Positions 13,476-25,400 of a stretch of 60,000 nucleotides of DNA are shown here, in pieces. The translations under genes and the position numbers were made by a program. Under the pieces are notes generated by a model. That model was not told the origin of the DNA. It saw only the letters and a program-made list of their open reading frames with translations, and did not search any database. Numbering within the stretch: position 1 is the stretch's first letter; each line of letters starts with the position of its first letter. The DNA is taken from contig NC_087251.1 in the NCBI RefSeq assembly GCF_037042905.1, positions 44,828,001 through 44,888,000 of the forward strand, given 5' to 3'. This DNA is from Lytechinus pictus (Eukaryota).

Positions 13476-16400
13476 ATGAGCTCGATAGGAGCAGGGGTGA
13501 GTCGATCTATATATGATTTTAAAAGTTAATTAATGTTTTCATCACCTAGAATAAACAAAGAAGCAAGAATCGACCTTGAACTAGTGCACGATGTATTCAG
13601 TGTCTCCTTATTTCGGTCCCACCTGTTTATTTTCTCGTAGGATCAGGGCCCTTATTAATTTCAGTGATAATATCAGTTTTTTATCACTGAAATTAATAAG
13701 GGCCCTGATCCTACGAGAAAATAAATAGGTGGTATTATCCTCACAATTAATGTTGTAAATCGGATCAAAAATCAGATCGAAAATCGGATCGGCAGTTAAG
13801 CTTCTAAAATCGAAATCGAATCGAAAATCGAATCGGCGATGTTTAAAAACAAAGGAATACATCAAAATGTTGTTCGCGGTCGCGCGCATCTTCCTGACAA
13901 AGTCACAAAGACGAATGCATTGGGATGGAAGTCGCCAACATGCGCGATCGTTTTAAAGCCAGGGGTTTTGAGGTGTTATTGCTTTAAAATAAACCGAGTG
14001 ATTTTTATTAGAAAGATAAACGAAAGACGCATCTTCCGAGCAAAGGCGCAAAGGAAAATAAAATGAAAATATTTCTCATAGATCACAGGTTAATGAACGA
14101 TCGGCGGGACATCTTTTAGAAGTATTTTTAGGTGCTAGCGATTTAGAATTATTGGAATGATCTCTTACGACGCATCATCTAGTCGCAAGTGCAATTAAAA
14201 TGAAGTAGAAGACGCAAGCACGCACGATGATTTGAAATATGTTATTAAAATGTTTTGGGTAGCTAGCGTTTTCAAATCAATTTGAAGTTCACGGCGGTGT
14301 CCGCTATCACCACGAGGTTGAAAATAAAATGAATATCATCATAAACGATGTAAGAGAGTAACGCAATAAGCTCCGTCAATAGTACAGTTTTTAAAAGTTT
14401 ATGGCGGGGTCCGCTATCACCACGAGGTTGAAAATAAAATGTATATCATCATAAACGATGTAAGAGAGTAACGCAGTGAGCTCCGTCGGTAATACGACCT
14501 TTCAAATTTCACGGCGGCATCCGCTATCACCACGAGGTTGAAAATAAAATGTATATCATCATAAACGATGTAAGAGAGTAACGCAATAAGCTCCGTCAGT
14601 AGCACGATCTTTAAAAGTTCACGGCGGGGTCCGCTATCACCACGAGGTTGAAAATAAAATGTAAATCATCATAAACGATGTAAGAGAGTAACGCAGTGAG
14701 CTCCGTCGGTAATACGACCTTTCAAAGTTCACGGCGGCATCCGCTATCACCACGAGGTTGAAAATAAAATGTATATCATCTTAAACGATGTAAGAGAGTA
14801 ACGCAATAAGCTCCGTCAGTAGCACGATCTTTAAAAGTTCACGGCGGGGTCCGCTATCACCACGAGGTTGAAAATAAAATGTAAATCATCATAAACGATG
14901 TAAGAGAGTAACGCAGTGAGCTCCGTCGGTAATACGACCTTTCAAAGTTCACGGCGGCATCCGCTATCACCACGAGGTTGAAAATAAAATGTATATCATC
15001 TTAAACGATGTAAGAGAGTAACACAATAAGCTCCGTCAGTAGCACGATCTTTAAAAGTTTATGGCGGGGTCCGCTATCACCACGAGGTTGAAAATAAAAT
15101 GTAAATCATCATAAACGATGTAAGAGAGTAACGCAATGAGCTCCGTCAATAGTACGACCTTTCAAAGTTCACGGCGGCATCCGCTATCACCACGAGGTTG
15201 AAAAAAAAATGTATATCATCATAAACGATGTAAGAGAGTAACGCAATAAGCTCCGTCAATAGTACAGTCTTTAAAAGTTTATGGCGGGGTCCGCTATCAC
15301 CACGAGGTTGAAGAGAAGATTTATATCATTATAAAGGGGGTAAGAGAGTAGCGCAGTGAGCTCCGTCGGTAATACGACCTTTCAAAGTTCACGGCGGCAT
15401 CCGCTATCACCACGAGGTTGAAAATAAAATGTATATCATCATAAACGATGTAAGAGAGTAACGCAGTGAGCTCCGTCGGTAATACGACCTTTCACAGTTC
15501 ACGGCGGCTTCCGCTATCACCACGAGGTTGAAAATAAAATGTATATCATCATAAACGATGTAAGAGAGTAACGCAATAAGCTCCGTCAATCGTACAGTCT
15601 TTAAAAGTTTATGGCGGGGTCCGCTATCACCACGAGGTTGAAGAGAAGATTTATATCATTATAAAGGGGGTAAGAGAGTAGCGCAGTGAGCTCCGTCGGT
15701 AATACGACCTTTCAAAGTTCACGGCGGCTTCCGCTATCACCACGAGGTTGAAAATAAAATGAATATCATCATAAACGATGTAAGAGAGCAACGCAATAAG
15801 CTCCGTCAATAGTACAGTCTTTGAAAGTTTATGGCGGGGTCCGCTATCACCACGAGGTTGAAGAGAAGATTTATATCATTATAAAGGGGGTAAGAGAGTA
15901 GCGCAGTGAGCTCCGTCGGTAATACGACCTTTCAAAGTTCACGGCGGCATCCGCTATCACCACGAGGTTGAAAATGAAATGTATATAATCATAAACGATG
16001 TAAGAGAGTAACGCAGTGAGCTCCGTCGGTAATACGACCTTTCAAAGTTCACGGCGGCATCCGCTATCACCACGAGGTTGAAAATGAAATGTATATAATC
16101 ATAAACGATGTAAGAGAGTAACGCAGTGAGCTCCGTCGGTAATACGACCTTTCAAAGTTCACGGCGGCATCCGCTATCACCACGAGTTGGAAGAGAAGCG
16201 GAACTGCGGAAGAGAAGATATCTATCCTCTTAAACATCGCCATAGATAATACCGCGTCTTTCTCCCTGAATAATGCGACCTCTAAATAGCTAGCACCTCA
16301 AAAACAATCTTGAAATATGTTCTGAGCGATCACGCACTGTAACCAGATCTACGCCGATTTTTTATTTTCGATTTTTTCCTTCAAGGGGCATGATCGAAGA

Positions 16401-19400
16401 TCGGCAAGTGATTGCCGATTGTGGTGAAATCGAATGGAATCGGTTGCCGATTGCAAAATCGGTTACAAGCTTACTCACAATACAATTCACTGATTTCTCA
16501 ACGAAAAGAGATGCAACATGGGCAATAAAAAATACTGAATTTTTTTTAAAATAATTTACTTTTGCTTAAAAATAATTTAGGGCCTACTTTTGCTTGAAAT
16601 TGCTTTTTGGGGGGCTTTTCTCTATTTGAATGTATACTTCGTATACATTCAAATACTACTAACTTCGTTATGTGTGGAGTCTAATGATACTTTCAATGAC
16701 AAGATTTTTAACTCACCAATTTTTTTACCTCCTGATTTCCACAACTTCCTGCAACTTATTTATGATGACTTTTTAAATTTAGTACACATGTAGATCTAAC
16801 AAGTTACTTTGATTTTTGGAATTTAATTTGCATGCTTGTATCAATGTTATAGATCTAATTCATATCATGGACTCTTACTATTCTTCGGTTTCTTGTACAT
16901 GAATTCAACAAGCTGAGCTGGGGTCCGTTGCAGAAGAGTTGCATTTAAACACAAGTTAAAAAATAAATCGCAAGTCCCAAATGCGCGCTGTTGATTGGTT
17001 GAAAATCAAGTTGCGCATGATTTTTAGAGTTGCGATCGGTGCAACGCTTTCTGCAACGGGCCCCTGATCCTACGTTAAATTACAATTTTAGTTTTTAAAT
17101 GTTTCTCCGTATTTTCATTCTTTTGTCCTCAGTATGATTTATCAGCTTCACAGTTCTCTCCAGATGGGAGGGTGTTCCAGGTGGAGTATGCCATCAAAGC
17201 TGTCGAGAACAGTGGCACGGCCGTAGGTCTACGATGCAAAGATGGCATTGTCTTTGGCGTCGAAAAGTTAGTCACATCAAAACTTTATGAGCAGGGCTCC
17301 AACAAGAGAATATTTACAGTCGACAGGCATGTTGGAATGGTAAGCTACATCTGGCCTTTATTGAATACAGATCAATCAAGCTTTAGTCCAATCCGAGGCT
17401 TTTGTATAATTGATTCTTTTGATATTTGAGCTAAGAAAATACAACTAAGCAAAACGAAACTACCAACACTGATCAAGAGAAACAAATAATATTTCTGAAT
17501 GGGGGCTTTTTTCCAACATCTTCCCATTCTAATGACATATTTTATCGAAAGCAATCTCTATTTTCTATGGTTAATTAGCAATTTGTAATTTTTGACATTT
17601 TTTAAAAGCAAGAATTGCCTTTTGCTGCCAGCAATAGATTCCATCTGAGCTATTCTTTATATAGAATATGTATGCTATGCCTTATATACACCCTTGAAAT
17701 TGGAATTCGCTACTTATGTATATTTGAAAGGGTGTTTCTTTTTTATAGATTTTAAGTCAACTTTGAAAAGTATGATTACATGTCTCCTCTTTACTTTATT
17801 TGACAGGCTGTTGCTGGTCTCATTGCTGATGCAAGGCAGGTGAGTAAATTGCTGCTACTTGTTAATTAAACCAATAGGGTATGCCAATTTGACCCTTTCT
17901 TTGCACAAAATTTGCATATATTGCAATTTATGTAACAAAATATTGCTAATTTGACATATTAAGCCATTTGAAGTATATATTTACTCCTACAAATTCAGTG
18001 ATATTAAAAATTCTGTATCACATTCAGTCATAAAAACAATGAAATATACAAGGAAAAAAGTAATATTTAGAAATTAAATAACTGACTATTAAAACTCAAG
18101 TTTGACCCTTTTTTTATAAACTGTAAAGTTGGAAATGCTTTCACTGTGTTTTTTAAATCAACTGATAAAATTATGATTATTCTTTTGATTATTTCTTTTG
18201 AACTGCAAGATTCTGGGAGCATTCAATGAAACAAATGGTGATTTTCACTGATAACTGTTATAAGCTACTGAAATCCTGCATCTGATTGGCTGAGAGCAAA
18301 TTAGTCAGTGAAAACTGCTAACAAGATGCGTCATTAAACACTTCCCAGAAGAATTTCAATGAGCAGTCCACACAATGATATCTACGTTTCTTTTCTTTTT
18401 TTTCAGGTTGTTGAGATTGCAAGAGATGAGGCATCAGATTACAGGGCATCCTATGGTACTCCTATTCCTGTTAAAGTAAGTTTCAATTGATTAAGATTAA
18501 ATGAAACGTTTGGAACAAGATAGCTTGTGTGAAAACAGAAAAATTAAAAAAACAGATCAACAAAAGTTTGAGAAAAATTGAATGAATAATAAAAAAGTTA
18601 TGAGCATTTGAAGTTTAGATCATTATTATAATTTCTACAATGCGACAAAGATGTGTGATATCACATGTGAACAACTTTCCCATTGCTTTTTTATATATTT
18701 CACTTAAAATGCCTCTTAATAATAATAATAATATGTCCATTTATATAGCGCAGTTACTATGTGCATATACTCAACTGCGCTTTTGATACTTGGTATCATA
18801 TTATTACCCCGGCTGTAGCTGAGCCGCCATATTAATAGGCGCTAAAGCGTTCAAGGAATAAATCCTACCGGGTACCCATTCACCTCACCTGGGTCGAGTG
18901 CAGCACAATGTGGATAAATTTCTTGCCGAAGGAAATTACGCCATGGCTGGGATTCGAACCCACGACCCTCTGTTTCAAAGTCCGAAGACTAATCCACTGG
19001 GCCACAATGCTCTTTTATCACATCTATCAGTAGATCATTAATTCTTACTATAGAAGGGCTTGTAATACAGATTTTCAAAGAATATATTGTGGATAAATAG
19101 TTTGTATCATCATAAGAAAGAGCAAAAGGATACATTTTGGGAGTATATTAGAGTCCATCAAAGGAAAAGTTGTTCACATGTGACATCACACATATCTGTC
19201 GCATTGCCAATATGAGGATCTCTATAGCATTAGTGATCGCAATATTCAAATGCTCATAACTTTCTCATTATTTGTCCGATTTTTCTCAAACTTTCTTTGA
19301 TCTTATTCTTTGTTCCAAGGGTTTCATTCCCCTTTAAAAATGATAATGATAATAATGATGATGATGATGATGATAACAACAACAACAATAATAATAGTAT

Positions 19401-22400
19401 GCAACATTTATGTAGTGCTTAATACAAATGTTTCTAAGCACTGCATACTCTTACCATGGTTTTGGCATGGCTACCCTGATCGGGCGCTCGAGCATTCATG
19501 GAATTCCTTCCAACCTGGTACCCATTTACTACACCTGGGTGAAGAGTGGCAAATGTAGATAGATGCCTTTCCAAAGGACGTTAGTGCTGGGTGGGATTGA
19601 ACCCCGGTGGGTGTTTCATAAAGCTGTTCGTAAGATACGAATGACTTTACGCACGACTGGTGATCCTCTCTTGTGCTATGCGATATCCCTATGCAATTGA
19701 GTTATGACCTAAGAACAGGTTCCAGACCTTCTGGTTCAAAGTCAGCAGACTTATCGACTGAGCCACAACAAATATGAGTTACCCATGTCCTGCTCTCGCT
19801 TCAATTCAGGGGGGTCTTTCATAAAGCTGTTGATGAGTTACAAGCGACTTCACGAACGACTGGTGATCCTTCATGTATCTTTCGAGAAATTATGTCCACC
19901 AAATTTTCATTGGTGCTGATTGAGCTCTTAAGAAAGAACCATCAGTTAACCTTACCACCAGTCGTTTGTAACTTTGCTCTTAAAGGAGAATGAAACTCTT
20001 GGAACAAGTTAGCTTTTGTGAAAGCAGAAAAACAAAGAATAAGATCAACAAAAGTTTGAGTAAAAAAGGACTAGCTATAGAAGAGTTATGAGCATTTGAA
20101 TGTCGAGATCACTAATGCTATGGAGATCCTCCCATTGGCAATGCGACCAAGATCTATGATGTCACAGATGAACAACTCTCCCCTTTTGGACACTGAAAAT
20201 ATACCCCAAAACATCTCTTTTTGCTCATTCTAATCATATGACAAACGATTCATCAATGATATAATGTTGTGAAACCTCTGTACTTGCCCTCTCATAAAGA
20301 GAACACCTCACCTTGTGATAGACTCTATAAAAGTGAGAATATAAGTGAAATAAGTACTAAAGTAATGAGGGAGTTGTACGTGTGTGACATCACAGATCTT
20401 GGTCGCATTGCCAATGGGAGGATCTACATGGCATTAGTGATCTCAATATTCTTTTCCGACGGCGACGGCGGCGGCGGCGTCAACACCAAATCTTAACCTG
20501 AGGTTAAGTTTTTGAAATGACAGCATAACTTAGAAAGTATATGGACCTAGTTCATGAAACTTGGCCATAAGGTTAATCAAGTATTACTGAACATCCTGCC
20601 TGAGTTTCATGTCACATGACCAAGGTCAAAGGTCATTTAGGGTCAATGAACTTAGACCATGTTGGGGAATCAACATCAAAATCTTAAAGATCCAGACCGG
20701 ACCCGAAAATGAAATTGATAAATCATATACCAATCGAAAGCTTATAAGCTACTAAATACACCAAGGTATGCTTTATGCATTTTCACCGCTTCCCAGCTGA
20801 GTATTTTGCTTAAGAATATTCCAATTATCGGGTTTCGAACCCCGCTTAGAAAATAGGCTTTATTGTGCTTTTCACCTGCCTCGAGACCGTGACGTCACGT
20901 TGTGTAAGAAGCGTCGTGATTCCATAGGTTTGTACACAGAAATACTGGGTGATTTTTTTGCTTTCCAGATAACGCATTTCATTCTCTTCACTTCTATCAC
21001 AGAGGGATATCACATATATTTTTACCCACAAGCTTGAATTTATGAAATCTGCAGTTTTGAACTAGTTTTTGCCATATTTTATTTCCTGCTTATTTGGCGC
21101 AGATTTCAATTCTATCTGCATTTAGATTATGTATAACAACTTTTCCTGACATAGCAATTTAGGCCCAATAAGAGCCAAACAAAGAAATCACAAAAAAGGT
21201 AGTGAATAGTTGTAGGTTTACAACAATTTGAACAGTGAATAATTTTGAGTGCCATTTTCATCTGAAAACGAAAAAAAAAATGGATTCATAACATGGAAAT
21301 GGAAGAAAATACCCAATGCTTTTGTACACAAACCTATGCAATCACAACCCTCCTGACACAACGTGACGTCATCATTTCCAGGCGACGTGGGGGTGCTCAA
21401 TCGAAGCGTACTTTGGAGGAGCAGTTTCTTTGATTTTTATTTAATATTTTTAACTATTGGAAAGAGATATATGTTATATTTTTGGTATATTCGTATTGTA
21501 TGAATCATTACCTTTATTTTGATATATGATTGTTTTTACACCGGTCAGGGTCTTTAACCTAAGGTTAAGTTTTTGAAATGTCATCATAACTTAGAAAATA
21601 TATGGACCTAGTTCATGAAACTTATACATAAGGTTAATCAAGTATCACTGAACATCCTGCATGAGTTTCACATCACATGACCAAGGTCAAAGGTCATTTA
21701 GGGTCAATGAACTTTGGCCGAATTGGGGGTATCTGTTGAATTACCATCATAACTTTGAAAGTTTATGGATCTGATTCATGAAACTTGGACATAATAGTAA
21801 TCAAGTATTACTGAACATCCTGTGCAAGTTTCAGGTCACATGATCAAGGTCAAAGGTCATTTAGGGTCAATGAACTTTGGCCAAATTGGGGTATTTGTTG
21901 AATTACAGCCATAAATTTGAAAGTGTGTTGGTCTAGTTCATAAAACTTGGACATAATAGTAATCAAGTATCACTGAACATCCTGTGCGAGTTTCAGGTCA
22001 CATGATCAAGGTCAAAGGTCATGTAAGGTCAAAGAACTTTGGCCACGTTGGGGGTATTTGTTGAATTGCCATCATATCTCTATAAGTGTATTGGTCTAGT
22101 TCATAAAACGTGGAAATAAGAGTAACCAAGTATCACTGAACATCTTGTGCGAGTTATAGTAGTTTTCAAAATCAGCACTGCTGCTATATTGAATCGCGTG
22201 ATGCAGGTGAGACGGCCAGAGGCATTCCACTTGTTCTCTTTGATATGGATTCTCCTGGTTTCAAGGGTTTCATTCTCCTTTAATGTACTACCAACGGCTT
22301 TATGAAACGCCCACAATGTCGTGTAAAATACTTCATGCCCTCCGTCTAGATATCTGTCAAAGTTTCAGCATTTTTAGTCATTTTAAACAACACATTTTCT

Positions 22401-25400
22401 TGACAATATCTATTCTTATTAGTTTTCTTGTTGATCAAGCAATGAATTGTGATAATTGATATTAATTCAAATGGATATTGAAATTGCTATAATGGATTGC
22501 ATGTTTTCAAAGAGATGCTTTCAAAAAGATTCTAACTTTGCCAATTGTATACACATATTTCTTTTTCTGATAATTTCAAATAATGTTGGAGTTATCTCAA
22601 AAGATGACATTGCTGTTGGTTCCTTTGATATGGCTCATGGATAATGATATGATATAATATATGTGATTAAATTGTGAGTGTAATTTATATCTATCCATAT
22701 AATTGCTTATGTGAAAAAAAATAATGACTTTGATTGTCTTCCACAGCACCTGACAGATCGAGTCGCCATGTATGCACATGCCTATACCCTCTACAGTGCA
22801 ATCAGACCGTTTGGAAGCAGGTAAGATAAACTTGGTCCATTGCCACTTGGTCTAATTATCATTTGGTCCCCTCCCACATGGTCTAATCCTAATTCGTATA
22901 CAACAGGTTGGTTTACTAGCCATTCGATCTCATTACCATTTAGCCCATTTATCATTTTCTCTACATTCTAGTTAGGCTAGACACATTTATAATATAATAT
23001 CTGCTTGATCTAAGACCACTTAGTGTATATGGGTAGATTAATTTTTTTATTGACCAAATTTCTAATTTGTTCAAGTGAAAAGTAATTATTGGAAAAAAAA
23101 AGTGGGATTTAGACCATCTGAGCATATTAGACTAAATGACAATTAGACCAGGTGGGTGTCAGACCAATGTTTGTGTAGACCAAACGGCAATTATAGCAAA
23201 TCAATAGTTGGCCAAATGGGTTTAGCCCATGTGGGAAAGAATATCTGAAAAGTAGACAAACTGCTCGCAGAGACCTGGGGCCCGTTTCATAAAGAGCTAC
23301 AACCGTTGTAACTGTGCCATTATGGCAACTACCCTGGTAAACTTGATTTTGATTGCCTGCTGAGCCCTGTTACCATGGTAGTTACTATAATGGCAAAGTT
23401 ACCACAGTTGTAAATTTTTATGAAACAGGCAGGTGAATTTAAACCAGTTACACCTTATTGTCTCATGTAAACAGTGTTCTTATTTTTTTTATCAATCCAT
23501 AGTCTTATCAATTCAATTTAGGCTTGAGAAAGTTTCTTAACATTCCTATCTCAAAGAACGTGGGTTAATTGTATTACAAATATCAATTGGGAGCTTAAGA
23601 TGTATTAGTCTTCACTTTTAAGGAAGTGTCCACAGGTGAATTCAATGAAATTTGATATATGAAGGCAGTTGGATAATTTTACAAGGATAATTCAATAACT
23701 TAATTCATAGCATTTAAAAATTCAGGTATGTTTTGAAGTTAATTTGGGCGCAAATTGTAGATCCCCTATTATTTCAGTTAATTCCATAAATCTTTGAAAT
23801 GTATTTTTTAATCAGTGATAAAAGGATTGAATATTTTTGTTTCTCGTATATAGAATAGGTGCAGAACAAGTTAGATACATGTGGAAACAATTATTTTTAA
23901 AAATCAATACAGATCAAAGATTAACCAATTGACATTTTAGGTGTTTCAGTCTTTTTTGTATTATGATATATGAGTACATTATGTAAAAATTCTGTCTCAT
24001 GCAACTTGAAGAATCCACTGTCATATATTGTTGAACATGCATGTTCCACATCAACGACTGAAATGCTTCCAGTATTGTCGGCTTCAGATCTTCCCTAAAA
24101 CATAGCTTTTCCAGTATTGTCGGCTTCAGATCTTCCCTAAAACATAGCTTTTCCAGTATTGTCGGCTTCAGATCTTCCCTAAAACATAGCTTTTCCAGTA
24201 TTGTCGGCTTCAGATCTTCCCTAAAACATAGCTTTTCCAGTATTATCGGCTTCAGATCTTCCCTAAAACATAGCTTTTCCAGTATTGTCGGCTTCAGATC
24301 TTCCCTAAAACATAGCTTTTCCAGTATTATCGGCTTCAGATCTTCCCTAAAACATAGCTTTTCCAGTATTATCGGCTTCAGATCTTCCCTAAAACATAGC
24401 TTTTCCAGTATTATCGGCTTCAGATCTTCCCTAAAACATAGCTTTTCCAGTATTATCGGCTTCAGATCTTCCCTAAAACATAGCTTTTCCAGTATTGTCG
24501 GCTTCAGATCTTCCCTAAAACATAGCTTTTCCAGTATTGTCGGCTTCAGATCTTCCCTAAAACATAGCTTTTCCAGTATTGTCGGCTTCAGATCTTCCCT
24601 AAAACATAGCTTTGCTTTCCCTCATTAATCTATTTCTTTATTTTTCTTGAATGACTGATTGCGGTTATCATTGTAAATTATATTATTATTGATCATAATT
24701 ATTATCTATGCATTGTGCACACTATGGTACTTCTTGAATTTAGCACTGTCTGAATAATAATGATTATTACTGTTATTTTTATTATTATTATTATCATCAT
24801 AAACTAAACATAACCATATATTGATAATTATATGGTTATCTCTTCTCTTTTGTTATCTGTCATCAGTGTATTATTAGGATCCTATGAGAAGGACACACCC
24901 AACCTATTTATGATAGATCCATCAGGAGTCTCATGGGTATGTATCCTTGACCCCGATTACAAAGAGTTACGTTTGATCCGATCAATTGCAACTATGGACG
25001 GCCAGCAACATCAACATGTATTATTCATGTTTGTTCAAAATATTTTCTAACTATGAAGTCTATGATGCATATTCATGCATTCATAGTTTTCTTGAAAATT
25101 CACTGTGCTTCTCATTGTTTACAAAGGACATTGTGCAGATTTCCTATAGAAAAAAATTATGACACTGATGATTTCCATAGTTACGATCGATTGGATCAAT
25201 CGTAACTCTTTGTAAGACGGGGGCCCTGGGCCCCAATTACAAAGAGTTACGATTGATAGGACCAATCTCAAGTATATGGAAATCCATCAATGTCATAATT
25301 TTTTCTTTAGGAAATTTGCTCAATGTCCTTTGAAAACAAAGAGAAGCATACTGAATCGTCAAGAAAACAATGAATGCATGAATATACATCATAGTTAGAA

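Larger units (their letters stand above)
19984..22279. mobile_element. TTAA-flanked MITE hosting two nested insertions
   Basis: TTAA|aggagaatgaaac ... gtttcattctcct|TTAA. Confidence 0.8.

Noticed and set aside
14285..16196. Regularly spaced repeats resembling a CRISPR array
   Set aside because: The whole 110-bp unit repeats with no unique spacers, there are no cas genes, and the context is a eukaryotic intron.
24067..24612. 42-bp repeat as a CRISPR array or coding repeat
   Set aside because: Head-to-tail copies without spacers; intronic, with no supported exon.
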